Assembly (NCBI GenBank): GCA_038248505.1
Contig: JBBRXJ010000004.1
Span: 1-63,821, forward strand
Length of the DNA: 63,821 bases
Source: Bacteroidales bacterium
Lineage (GTDB): Bacteria; Bacteroidota; Bacteroidia; Bacteroidales; JBBRXJ01
Direction: 5' to 3'
The notes under the pieces are model-generated. The model made no database searches and was not told where the DNA came from. It saw only the letters and a program-made list of their open reading frames with translations. Numbering within the stretch: position 1 is the stretch's first letter; every line of letters starts with the position of its first letter. Positions 27,969 through 38,174 of this stretch are shown here, piece by piece. The translations under genes and the position numbers were made by a program.

Positions 27969-28370
27969 TTATATGCAACATATTCGTGTTTATTCTATAA
28001 ATTATTTAATGAAACAAGATGCTACAAAAGAACAAATTGATTTTTTTAAAAGAGCTTATACAAAAGATTAAGGTCTTTGAACTTGCTTTTAGACCTAGAT
28101 AAAAGAACCTAGAAGTTATTGTTGATTTTGACATTACACCTATTGAAAGGTTAGATTACATTAACAAATTAACTTATAAAAATTATTATAGCGGATCAAA
28201 TACAGACGCACACGATAAAAAGCGGCTAGATTATTATGAATTTGGTATAATGGTAAATAAATAGAAGTTTATATAAAAATTAGTATTGGAATGACCAGTA
28301 AAATGGCCTATTGTATGTCATTTCACAGAGCTGAAAACCCAATAACATATCTACTAAAAAACAAATAGAT

Positions 28371-29388
28371 ATGAAAAATTTAATTGAATGTCCGTATTGT
28401 GATGGTAATGCAAAATTACATCGCAAAGACAAGGAGATTAATTATCGTAAAGAAATGTTTTGTGTTGTGGAACATTATTACAAATGTGAAAATTGTAAGG
28501 AAGAATTTACAACCACAAAAACAGACACAGTAACGATGACACAGGTATATAATATGTATCGTAAAAAGTACAATATACCTAGCCTTGAAGAAATCATAGC
28601 CATACGAGAACAATATGATATTTCTGCCACTAAAATGAGCGAAATATTGCAATAGGAATTAATGGATATAACAATTATGAGAAAGGAGAAATACCAAGTA
28701 CAGCTATAGCAAACCTAATTACAATGGCAGCAAAACATGCAATATTTATAAATATGGTAGACAAAGTAAAGGATAGTTTAACTGCTAACCTTTATGATAA
28801 AATATTAAGTAAAACAAAAACACTAATAGAAGTTTAAGAGAAAGAAAAAAGACAGCTTGCAAAATAAATATTTACCAAGATGCCAATGAATACACAGGAC
28901 TTAAATACCCAAGCAAAGATAAAATTGCCAATATATTTTTAATGTATATTAAAAACTGTATAAATGATTTTAATGATAGGCTAAAGTTAAACAAGCTACT
29001 TTTTTATACTGACTTCTATTGTTACAATTTAACAGGAAATTCCATAACAGGAATATCTTATAGGGCAATACAATATGGACCTGCACCTGCTAATTATGAT
29101 AATATATACGATATAATAGAAGAAGAAGGGTACATAACACAGAAATGGGTTAAGGTTGAAAAAGGTAGTGGAAGAGAAATATTTGAAAGTAAACGTAGTT
29201 TAGACAAAAATGTTTTCACAGAAGATGAAATAAATGTTATAAACCTAATAATTGATAATTTCAAAGATATACCAACTTGGGATTTAGTTGATTTAAGTCA
29301 TAAAGAAGCAGGATGGAAAGAGAATGAAAAAAGTAGAAATATAATTATCTATCAGAAATATGCCTTTAAACTTAAAGCATTGGCATAA
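28371..29388 (+). pseudogene. Frameshifted MqsA-type Zn-ribbon + XRE HTH + Panacea (DUF4065, SocA/PanA-like) antitoxin gene
   Basis: There are three consecutive reading frames. Frame A covers 28371-28655 (CPYCDG...CENCKEEF Zn ribbon, then ...ISATKMSEILQ*). Frame B is open over 28634-28837 (AIGINGYNNYEKGEIPSTAIANLI...). Frame C is open from 28813 (...EYTGLKYPSKDKIANIFLMYIKNC...LKLNKLLFYTDFY...YRAIQYGPAPANYD, which is Panacea-like). Each junction is a -1 shift. Confidence 0.7.
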
Positions 29389-29733
29389 TAATTGATAATT
29401 ACAAAACCGAAGCTTTGGAATAGTGTTTCGGTCTATTAAACTAAAAATGTTTGACGACGATTATTATTTTGATAGAAAAAGCAGCAAAATTCTTTGTACT
29501 ACCAATTATTCCATGGGTAGAATGCACTAACGCAATAGTATCAAATTATTGGTGTAAAAAATTGTGCTTTTTTTAACGCTCAATAGTCGAGGTTAAGCTT
29601 ATCACAAAGACATTTCGGTTTATTAGATACGTTCAGTTCAAAGGGTCTAGGATTTTGACTATATAATACCGAATGGTCGGGATTAAAGTCTCACTAATTA
29701 AAAAATCAAACATCACATCTAGAGTCTCAGCAT

Positions 29734-30843
29734 TTAAAAACTCATTATTCCCATAACAAGTTCCGTCTGCTTCTCTGTAAGCTTTGCTACTACTAAATCT
29801 TGAACGGCCCAATTTGTATCAAAAGGGATTACATCGTAAAGTTCTTTTTCTTTATTTATTATTACGAATGCGCAACGATTACTGTCAATAACAATTAGAT
29901 TCTTTTTTACGGTTTTGCTATTTTGCAACCATTCCATCTCGGCAAGATATTCGGGTTTGCCTGAGATGTTATTTAGGAAAAAACGTTCTTGCCTATTTAG
30001 TTTACCCAGTGCTACCTCACCACCAGTAGTACTTGTAGCAAGGTATTCATTATTAAGCCGCATACCGCCATGTGGATTTTTGAGTTTATCCATTACCTTA
30101 GTAGCTACTCCGTTTTTTTTATTAATACTGTAAACCGCACCTTCATGAAAAAAGGTGGCAATAATTTTGTTCTCATCATTAGTATCATATACCACTGAGT
30201 TAATAAATGCCGCTCGTTTAGCCGTTGGCAAACTTTGTCTGGCCGGATTATCAATATACATGTAAGCTTGTCCTAATGTTTGATAAGCCATAGCTTCAGA
30301 GTTATTACGTGTAAGAATGAAGCGCTCACCATTAGCAGGGTCAATACCAATATTAAAGCCATGTTCCCATGCAAACCATTCGTAAATGGGTTCAAATGTT
30401 TTTAAATTAAATTCAAAAATTGCATCAAAGCCAGAAGAGGAGACCAAAATATTTCCATTGCAAATATCAACCGTATGAATATAGCTAAACCATTTATTTT
30501 CGAGAGTTCGCAGCTGATCGTTTTCTACTACATACACTTTATTTTCAGAGGAGAATGCAAAAATCCCTTTATCGAAATGTATACCACGTGGCTCAGGCAG
30601 TTTTGTAAGTACTTCACAATGGCATATTTTGCCTTTATTAATAGTAACGGCAGTTACTCCGCCAATTGCTACTTCACGTCGTGCTGTACTTCCGGCCCTA
30701 CTCTTATTTTCAGATCGAGATTTGATATAACGCTCGCGTATCGCTTGTAAATCAAAACTCTTAATGGTTAACAACAAGGGTATTTCACCATAAAATTTGC
30801 TGTCTTTTTTATATGTGTTTAGGTCAATTCGTTTAATGGACAT
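29734..30843 (-). CDS. Hypothetical protein, beta-propeller-like, coupled to GT4 gene
   Basis: 369 aa with repetitive beta-strand-rich sequence and no motif I can name. The start overlaps the upstream GT4 gene by 11 nt. Confidence 0.55.
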   Translation of the reverse strand: MSIKRIDLNTYKKDSKFYGEIPLLLTIKSFDLQAIRERYIKSRSENKSRAGSTARREVAIGGVTAVTINKGKICHCEVLTKLPEPRGIHFDKGIFAFSSENKVYVVENDQLRTLENKWFSYIHTVDICNGNILVSSSGFDAIFEFNLKTFEPIYEWFAWEHGFNIGIDPANGERFILTRNNSEAMAYQTLGQAYMYIDNPARQSLPTAKRAAFINSVVYDTNDENKIIATFFHEGAVYSINKKNGVATKVMDKLKNPHGGMRLNNEYLATSTTGGEVALGKLNRQERFFLNNISGKPEYLAEMEWLQNSKTVKKNLIVIDSNRCAFVIINKEKELYDVIPFDTNWAVQDLVVAKLTEKQTELVMGIMSF

Positions 30844-32140
30844 GGCTTATTTGATTTAGGCTTTCACTCAATTGTTCGGTCAATCCTTTACGAGTGTAGC
30901 GATGAATGTTTTTATTATTTACAGTTTCAATGTTTTTATTATTGCTTAGCCAGATATTAAAATGCGCAAGCAAATTTTTACGGAACGCAACTTCATCATT
31001 ATAATCGATCATTGCCTGACGATCATTTTCTTTTAGCAAAGCATCGGCATCCCCATTAGGAGGACCAACAGCTAAGATGGGTGTTGTACTCGCAATATAT
31101 TCAAAAAGTTTTCCGGTAATAATCAGTTTACTATTTTCATATTGCGGAATAATAAAAAGAAGCATATTTGTTTCAACCATTTGCTTGGTGGCAATCTCAT
31201 GTGTAACATAACCTGTATATTCGGTGATATCGCTAATTCCTCGCATTTTAATTTCATTAATAATTGAGGGATCAATTTTACCGGTTAATTGCAATCTGAA
31301 ATATTTTTTGAAATCCGCATTTTCATTTTTAAGTTCTTTTATTACATCCCACATCATTGTTATATTTTGAATGGGTTTTAGACTGCCAATGTACGAGAGC
31401 CGAAATAATTCTGTTGAAGTAATTTTACGTTGCGGCATATCTGTCTCGTCATAACCATTATAAATGAGACAGATATTTTTTGCTCTATCTTTAAATTCTT
31501 CACGTAAACCATTACTAACAACTACTAACATATCAGCAGTTCGAGCTACTTTATCTTCAAATTGCTTATCTTTTCTCTCTGCATAATGTGTTCGGGGAAA
31601 TGTTTTGTTATAATAAATACTGGTCCAGGGGTCACGAAGATCCGCTATCCAGGGCAAATTAAATTTTCTTTTTAATGCGAGACCAACAAGATGTGTACTA
31701 TGTGGAGGGCCTGTGGTAATTACAGCATCAATAGTATGTTCATCAATAATATTTTTTGCAGCTCGTATAGCGAAGAATTTCCAACCAACGCGTGCATCGG
31801 GGATAAATAAATTTGCACGAAGGAAAAAAGATATTTTTTGGCTAAAATTTTTCTTTACCTGTTGTGGAATAATGCCCACAGGTACTGAATTTCCTTTTTT
31901 ACCACTTATTAAATTGTACAGTACAAAAGGTTCAAGTGTATGACTATGGTACACTTGAACATTAGCAGGTACTTCATTTAATAATGAATGATCGGTGGCC
32001 GGATAGCTGCCATTTTTAACAGTGAGTACAATGGGTTCCCATCCGAATTCACTCAAGTATTTACAAAATTTTAGAAATCGATATACCCCCGGACCTGATG
32101 CTGGCGGCCAATAATAGGTGATAATAAGAACCTTTTTCAC
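30833..32140 (-). CDS. Family 4-like glycosyltransferase (GT-B)
   Basis: 435 aa with the N-terminus KKVLIITYYWPPASGPGVYRFLKFCKYL, typical of GT4-like enzymes, and a C-terminal Rossmann half with E..LFEYIA. Confidence 0.8.
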   Translation of the reverse strand: MKKVLIITYYWPPASGPGVYRFLKFCKYLSEFGWEPIVLTVKNGSYPATDHSLLNEVPANVQVYHSHTLEPFVLYNLISGKKGNSVPVGIIPQQVKKNFSQKISFFLRANLFIPDARVGWKFFAIRAAKNIIDEHTIDAVITTGPPHSTHLVGLALKRKFNLPWIADLRDPWTSIYYNKTFPRTHYAERKDKQFEDKVARTADMLVVVSNGLREEFKDRAKNICLIYNGYDETDMPQRKITSTELFRLSYIGSLKPIQNITMMWDVIKELKNENADFKKYFRLQLTGKIDPSIINEIKMRGISDITEYTGYVTHEIATKQMVETNMLLFIIPQYENSKLIITGKLFEYIASTTPILAVGPPNGDADALLKENDRQAMIDYNDEVAFRKNLLAHFNIWLSNNKNIETVNNKNIHRYTRKGLTEQLSESLNQISHVH

Positions 32141-32263
32141 AAGAATAAAGTTAAGTTATTTAATTGGTCTTGTGGAACTTTCATGAGCAAGATCTTTGTT
32201 TTATATTCATATCCTTTTGTGCAAGCACTTTAAAAAATGTTGTGACGGCATGAATTTTCATTC

Positions 32264-33028
32264 CTATATTGCTATCTCAAGTTTAACGGGGCAATGATCG
32301 GAGTGCACGATATCAGACAATATGCTAGCACTGCTCATTTTTGAGAAGAGCGGTTTTGTAACCATATTATAATCGATACGCCAGCCGAGGTTTTTTGGGC
32401 GAGCACCAGCGCGATAACTCCACCAACTGTATTGATTCGGACGGCTATCAAAGGTGCGGAATGAATCAACAAAACCGCTTGATATTAGGCGATCCATCCA
32501 TTCGCGCTCTTCAGGTAAGAAGCCCGATACATCATTGTGCTTTTCGGGGTGATTGATATCAATAGGTTTATGACAAATATTGTAATCGCCAGAAACGATG
32601 AGATTCGGACGGGTTTTACGCAATTCAGTAAGGTAGATAAGTAAATCTTCCAGAAAATACATTTTAATTGCTTGGCGTTCATCTCCACTAGAGCCAGAGG
32701 GTATGTAAACACAAATCACGGTTAAGTCACCAAAATCGGCACGTAGTACACGACCTTCATCATCGTATCGCATTATACCTATGCCAGCTACTACTTTGTC
32801 GGGCTTTTGTTTTGAGATAATGGCCACACCACTATACCCTTTTTTTACAGCAAAATGCCAATGATGATATTGGCTTGCTTTATCAAAAATGCTTGTATCA
32901 AATTGTCCTTCCTGCATTTTGGTTTCTTGCAAACATATTACGTCGGGTGATTCTTGTTGCAACCAATCTATAAAACCTTTACCATGTGCAGCTCTTAGGC
33001 CATTAACATTGTATGAGATAATATTCAT
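32264..33028 (-). CDS. xth: Exodeoxyribonuclease III
   Basis: 254 aa with MNIISYNVNGLRA, ICLQETK, SGDYNI and SDHCPV. Confidence 0.95.
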   Translation of the reverse strand: MNIISYNVNGLRAAHGKGFIDWLQQESPDVICLQETKMQEGQFDTSIFDKASQYHHWHFAVKKGYSGVAIISKQKPDKVVAGIGIMRYDDEGRVLRADFGDLTVICVYIPSGSSGDERQAIKMYFLEDLLIYLTELRKTRPNLIVSGDYNICHKPIDINHPEKHNDVSGFLPEEREWMDRLISSGFVDSFRTFDSRPNQYSWWSYRAGARPKNLGWRIDYNMVTKPLFSKMSSASILSDIVHSDHCPVKLEIAI

Positions 33029-33328
33029 AATTATTTTTTTAGTATGAAATAAGAATTACGGCTTTTATTTTTTAATGCTGAGAGTTATATTTCCTAAATT
33101 TAGCTTCAAATATCGCAATATTAAAGGAACGAACAAATGTTTTACTTATTTTTGTTGATGTATAATTGCAGCGTAAAAGCTATATAATTATCAATGATTA
33201 TATACTTTTACACAATTAAAAATCTCTCTTAAACTATTTTTATTGGCTATGAATAAAGCAATTAGGTATTTAGCAAGATTTATCCACTGTGTAGGCAGCT
33301 CTAGTTTTCTGCCTAATAGTCTCAAAAA

Positions 33329-34261
33329 ATGAATACGAGCCAAGGTATAGTCATAAAATCAACTGGAAAGTGGTTTAGTGTAACACTTGATGATAATCGT
33401 AAGATTGAGTGTGGTATTAAGGGCAAATTTCGTATGAAGGGATTTGACAGTACCAACCCGGTTGCAGTGGGAGATCGGGTGGATATTAAATTGGCTGACG
33501 ATCGAAATTCGGGCACTATTGTTGGCATTCATGATCGCAAGAATTATATCATTCGTAAATCTATTAAACTATCAAAGTTGCACCAGATAATGGCCGCAAA
33601 TGTTGATCAGACATTACTTATAGTTACTATTGCGTGGCCCGAAACTTTAACTGGATTTATTGATCGTTATTTGGTATCTGCTGAGGCATATAGAATTCCG
33701 GCCATTTTGGTGTTTAATAAAACCGATCTATATGGTGAGCCAGAAAAAGCGCGCCTGACTGAATGGACTGCCATGTATGAGAAGATAGGCTATAAATGTA
33801 TTGCAGTATCGGCATTAGAGAAAATAAATGTGGATTTGGTAGCTTCTATTCTTAAAGATAAAATATCTGTACTATCAGGTAATTCAGGGGTAGGTAAGTC
33901 GTCTCTCATCAATGCGGTTGATTCTTTACTGCATTTAAAAACTGGTAGCATTTCAGATGCATACGATACTGGTAAGCATATTACTACATTTGCCGAAATG
34001 TTTGCTTTACAACAAGGAGGCTATATTATAGATACCCCTGGTATTCGTGGTTTTGGAATGATAGATATGGATCCGGGAGAAATATATCATTACTTTCCTG
34101 AAATATTTAAGGTGGCATCGCGTTGTAAGTATCATAATTGCAGTCATGTTCACGAACCTGAATGTGAAGTTTTGGCAGCCGTTCAAAGTGGCGATATCGC
34201 TTTATCACGCTATCAAAGCTATTTAAGTATTTTACAAGGCGATGAGAAAAAATACAGATAA
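33329..34261 (+). CDS. rsgA: Ribosome small subunit-dependent GTPase A
   Basis: 310 aa with an OB-fold N-terminus, circularly permuted GTPase motifs (VFNKTDL, GNSGVGKSSLINA) and a C-terminal zinc knuckle CKYHNCSHVHEPEC. Confidence 0.95.
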   Translation: MNTSQGIVIKSTGKWFSVTLDDNRKIECGIKGKFRMKGFDSTNPVAVGDRVDIKLADDRNSGTIVGIHDRKNYIIRKSIKLSKLHQIMAANVDQTLLIVTIAWPETLTGFIDRYLVSAEAYRIPAILVFNKTDLYGEPEKARLTEWTAMYEKIGYKCIAVSALEKINVDLVASILKDKISVLSGNSGVGKSSLINAVDSLLHLKTGSISDAYDTGKHITTFAEMFALQQGGYIIDTPGIRGFGMIDMDPGEIYHYFPEIFKVASRCKYHNCSHVHEPECEVLAAVQSGDIALSRYQSYLSILQGDEKKYR

Positions 34262-34306
34262 GTAATTCCTATTTTGTTTATAAAAATGCATTTGAAATAA
34301 TTTACC

Positions 34307-36940
34307 ATGTTTTTTTTATTGAAATATTTTAAAAGATTTTTAGTCCTATTGTCTTTGCTTATTACTTTAATTGTAATTAGTGGGGTTGTTTTTACCATTG
34401 TATATAAGGATGAAATTGCTTCATTAGCATGGAAGGAATTGAATAAAAACCTAAAAACTAAACTTACGGTTGATGAGATGAGTTTCTCTGTTTTTCGTCG
34501 TTTCCCCAATGCTTCAGTTCGTTTTAAAAATTTAACGGCACTCTCAGCAAATGATTTCAGAAAAAAAGATATTACTGAAACGAAAGCTGATACTCTTTTT
34601 AATTTTCATAATGTGTTTCTTGAGTTTAATATTTTAGAAATAATTCAAGGAAATTATAAAGTTCGAAATGTACGCGTAAATGGAGGTTTTGCTAAAATTT
34701 TAACAGATAAAAAAGGGCATGCGAATTATGATATATTTCGATCAAATAAAAAAGGAGAAACATCTGCATTTCGTCTTAGTTTCGTAAAATATATTGACAC
34801 TTATGTATGGTATATTGACAAAACTCAGTCAACGGTAACACGAGCATATATTAAAACACTTGGTATGCGTGGCGATTATGCTGCAAATGATTTTGTAATG
34901 TATCTTACAACAGCAGTAAAAATTTATGAGTTTAGTATTGGCGGTGTAAAATATCTAGAGAATAAAGATTTTGTTTTATTAACGGATTTGAATGTTCGTG
35001 GCAATCGTTATTTAGTTCGTAAGGGTGTTCTTTCGTTATTAGGTATGAAGCTTGATATTACTGGCTTTTATCGTAGCGGTACAATGGCGGATATGAATAT
35101 TAACTTGCGTGCCAATAAAATTGATATTCCACAACTTATTGATCTTTTGCCAACTGATTTTACAAAAGATATTAGAGCGTTTGAAACGCGTGGTCTATTG
35201 ACTCTTAATCTGAGTATAAAGGGTTATATGAGTGCTTATCGAAATCCACATGTAGCGGCATCCTTTGATATTATTGATGGTAGTATATCGCGAAGTGGTT
35301 CTGATGTTGAATTGCGAAACCTTAGTTTAAGAGGTCTGTATTCAAATGGCAAGCAAAACAGTAGCAGCACTTCAAAACTTGCATTACGAGGTATAAAAGC
35401 GCAGCTCGGATCGAGCTTTCTGTATGGCGAACTATTAATGAAAAACTTCACTTATCCCGTGCTTAATTTTAAAGGAAAAGTCAAGTTAAATCTAATGGAA
35501 TTACAAGATTTTTTTAAGCCTGATACTATTGATGAGATGCAAGGTTTGCTTTATGCTGATCTCTCTTTGGCTTGTAGTCTAAGTAGTATTGAAAACTTTA
35601 ATAAAGAGACCTTAACAAAACTTAATTTAATAAGTAATGTACGATTACGTGATATTAATATAAAGATTAAAGGTGATGTTCCTGATGTAAGTCATATGAG
35701 TGGGAAATTAAATATTAATAATGAAATCGTTACTGATAGTTTGTATCTTGAATCAATGGGCTCCAATTTCCTCTTTGCTGGCAGCATAGAGAGAATGTTT
35801 GATTACCTGTCGGGAGAGTCAAAGAGTTTTGTAATTGATGGAAAGTTACGCTCACACTATTTTGACTTAAATGCTTTTTTGGATGATAAAGTCACTGATG
35901 ACCCTTTTCAATTTCTTGATTATGTTATTGCCCGTTTAGACTGTAAGATTGATGATTTGAGGTATTTGAAACTAAAGGCGAGTAATGCCAGCGGAGAAAT
36001 TCGATTGACACCAGAGGGGATGATGTTCAGTGGTATAGAATTAAAAAGCATGGGTGGTATTTTCTCAGGTGATGTTGTTTTTAGAAATTACAATTCTTTA
36101 TTAAGACTTAATGGTGATATACATTTTACAACTGTAGATGTGAATAAATTTTTCTCATCGTTTGATAATTTTGGTATGACATTTATTCAGGCAAAACATC
36201 TCAAAGGTTTAGCAGATGGTGATGTTAAGATGAACATGTATTTTGATACAAAGTTTAATTTCATTCAGGATTCATTAGTAGCGCAAAGTACAGTAGTTAT
36301 TAATAAAGGCGAGCTAATTAATTTTGAACCTTTATTAGGAATGTCGCGATTTATTTCTGTTGATGAGTTAAAACATATTCGGTTCAGTCAGCTTAAAAAT
36401 ACCATTTCAATACGCAATAGAATTATTCTTATTCCTGAAATGAATATTCATTCAACGGCAATGAATATAAGCTGTTCAGGGCAACAAGATTTCGATAATA
36501 ATTTTGAGTATCATGTACGTGTATTAATGTCGGATGTGCTTTGGGGTAAGGCAAAAAAGAATCGAAAGGAAAGTATTGAGTTTGGGGTACCTGAAGATGA
36601 TGGTGTTCGCACCAGTTTGTATCTTACAATTATCGGCAATCCTGATAATTACAAAGTCTATTATGATAAGTTAAAAGTTTTTGAGGTAGTAAAGCAAAAT
36701 TTAAAAAACGAAAGAAGTGATTTAAAGCAAATTCTAAAGGAAGAATATGGTTGGTTTAAGAAGGATAGCACTTTTAAAAATTATAAAGAACCAAATGAAA
36801 CGGACTACAAACATAGAATAAAATGGGTTGATGATGAGGAGATTGATAGTGCAACAACAGACAATACAATCAAAAAAAATGTTGGCACAAATACTAAAAG
36901 CGAAGAAGATAAGTTAAGTATTAAATGGGAAGACGAGTAG
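34307..36940 (+). CDS. AsmA-like large envelope protein
   Basis: 877 aa with a single N-terminal TM anchor followed by long beta-rich repetitive sequence. The organisation matches AsmA-family proteins; no catalytic motif is present. Confidence 0.6.
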   Translation: MFFLLKYFKRFLVLLSLLITLIVISGVVFTIVYKDEIASLAWKELNKNLKTKLTVDEMSFSVFRRFPNASVRFKNLTALSANDFRKKDITETKADTLFNFHNVFLEFNILEIIQGNYKVRNVRVNGGFAKILTDKKGHANYDIFRSNKKGETSAFRLSFVKYIDTYVWYIDKTQSTVTRAYIKTLGMRGDYAANDFVMYLTTAVKIYEFSIGGVKYLENKDFVLLTDLNVRGNRYLVRKGVLSLLGMKLDITGFYRSGTMADMNINLRANKIDIPQLIDLLPTDFTKDIRAFETRGLLTLNLSIKGYMSAYRNPHVAASFDIIDGSISRSGSDVELRNLSLRGLYSNGKQNSSSTSKLALRGIKAQLGSSFLYGELLMKNFTYPVLNFKGKVKLNLMELQDFFKPDTIDEMQGLLYADLSLACSLSSIENFNKETLTKLNLISNVRLRDINIKIKGDVPDVSHMSGKLNINNEIVTDSLYLESMGSNFLFAGSIERMFDYLSGESKSFVIDGKLRSHYFDLNAFLDDKVTDDPFQFLDYVIARLDCKIDDLRYLKLKASNASGEIRLTPEGMMFSGIELKSMGGIFSGDVVFRNYNSLLRLNGDIHFTTVDVNKFFSSFDNFGMTFIQAKHLKGLADGDVKMNMYFDTKFNFIQDSLVAQSTVVINKGELINFEPLLGMSRFISVDELKHIRFSQLKNTISIRNRIILIPEMNIHSTAMNISCSGQQDFDNNFEYHVRVLMSDVLWGKAKKNRKESIEFGVPEDDGVRTSLYLTIIGNPDNYKVYYDKLKVFEVVKQNLKNERSDLKQILKEEYGWFKKDSTFKNYKEPNETDYKHRIKWVDDEEIDSATTDNTIKKNVGTNTKSEEDKLSIKWEDE

Positions 36941-36960
36941 AAAAAATCAATTATACTTAG

Positions 36961-38121
36961 ATGGCTAGAAATATATATTCTAAAAAACAAACATGGAAGT
37001 TCTTACTATTCATTTTTGCCTTGCTTATAGGAGCAAGTTCATTGTGGTATACCAACAATTTAATAGCGAAACTATCGTATGAAGAACATAAAAAAGTTGA
37101 GTTATGGGCTGAGGCTACAAAGCAATTAGGAAGTGCAATAGAGGAGAATGTTGATATAAATTTTTTAGTTCGCATCATACAAGGTAATGAAACCGTTCCC
37201 GTTATTTTAACAGATCAGCGAGATACAATTATTTCATATAGAAATTTAGATACTTCAAGAGTTTATAATTCGAATTATTTAAAATCTAAATTAGCTGAAA
37301 TGAAAAGCCAGCATGCACCTATTGAAATAGATTTAGGTGATGGGATACAAAATCATATATATTATAAAGATAGTTTAATACTTACTAAATTAGCCTTGTT
37401 TCCCTATATTCAATTTGCAGTAGTTTTGTTATTTGCTTTTATTGCATATTTTGCATTTAGCGTATCACGCAAAGCTGAGCAGAATGAAGTATGGATTGGA
37501 TTAACAAAAGAAACAGCACATCAACTTGGTACGCCCACTTCTTCTTTAATGGCTTGGGTTGAGCTAATGCGAATGAAAAATGTGGACGCTGAAATTACTA
37601 ATGAAGTTGAGAGAGATGTACAAAGATTAAAGAAGATAACAGAGCGGTTTTCCAAAATAGGATCAAAACCAACATTACGACCAGGGAGTGTAAAAGAGAT
37701 TGTTGTTAGTGTTCAGAAGTATCTTCAGAGTCGTATGCCTGATAAAGTTATTGTAAATATGCATTTACCCGAAGAGGATATTTATGCCCCTATAAATGCT
37801 TCTTTATTTGAATGGGTAATTGAGAATGTGATGAAGAATGCCTATGATGCAATTGTAGGGGGAGGACAGATAGATGTTAGTATGCGTTTACAAAAAAATA
37901 AAGTAGTTATAGATATTAAAGATACTGGAAAAGGAATTCCAAAAGCCAGACATCGTACTATTTTTAAACCAGGATATACTACTAAGCAGCTTGGATGGGG
38001 GCTTGGTCTATCTCTTTCAAAACGTATTGTGGAAAACAATCATGGTGGAAAAATATTTGTTTCAACATCAGAGATTGGAAAAGGTACAAATATTAGAATT
38101 ATATTGAATGCAATTGTGTAG
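36961..38121 (+). CDS. Sensor histidine kinase (two TM helices, HisKA, HATPase_c)
   Basis: 386 aa with an H-box ETAHQLGTPTSSL, an N-box NVMKNAYDA, and G-boxes DTGKGIP and GWGLGLSLS. Confidence 0.85.
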   Translation: MARNIYSKKQTWKFLLFIFALLIGASSLWYTNNLIAKLSYEEHKKVELWAEATKQLGSAIEENVDINFLVRIIQGNETVPVILTDQRDTIISYRNLDTSRVYNSNYLKSKLAEMKSQHAPIEIDLGDGIQNHIYYKDSLILTKLALFPYIQFAVVLLFAFIAYFAFSVSRKAEQNEVWIGLTKETAHQLGTPTSSLMAWVELMRMKNVDAEITNEVERDVQRLKKITERFSKIGSKPTLRPGSVKEIVVSVQKYLQSRMPDKVIVNMHLPEEDIYAPINASLFEWVIENVMKNAYDAIVGGGQIDVSMRLQKNKVVIDIKDTGKGIPKARHRTIFKPGYTTKQLGWGLGLSLSKRIVENNHGGKIFVSTSEIGKGTNIRIILNAIV

Positions 38122-38174
38122 TGTGAGATTATTTAATAGAAGGATTGCCTTGGAGATTATAATCAATAGTAGGA

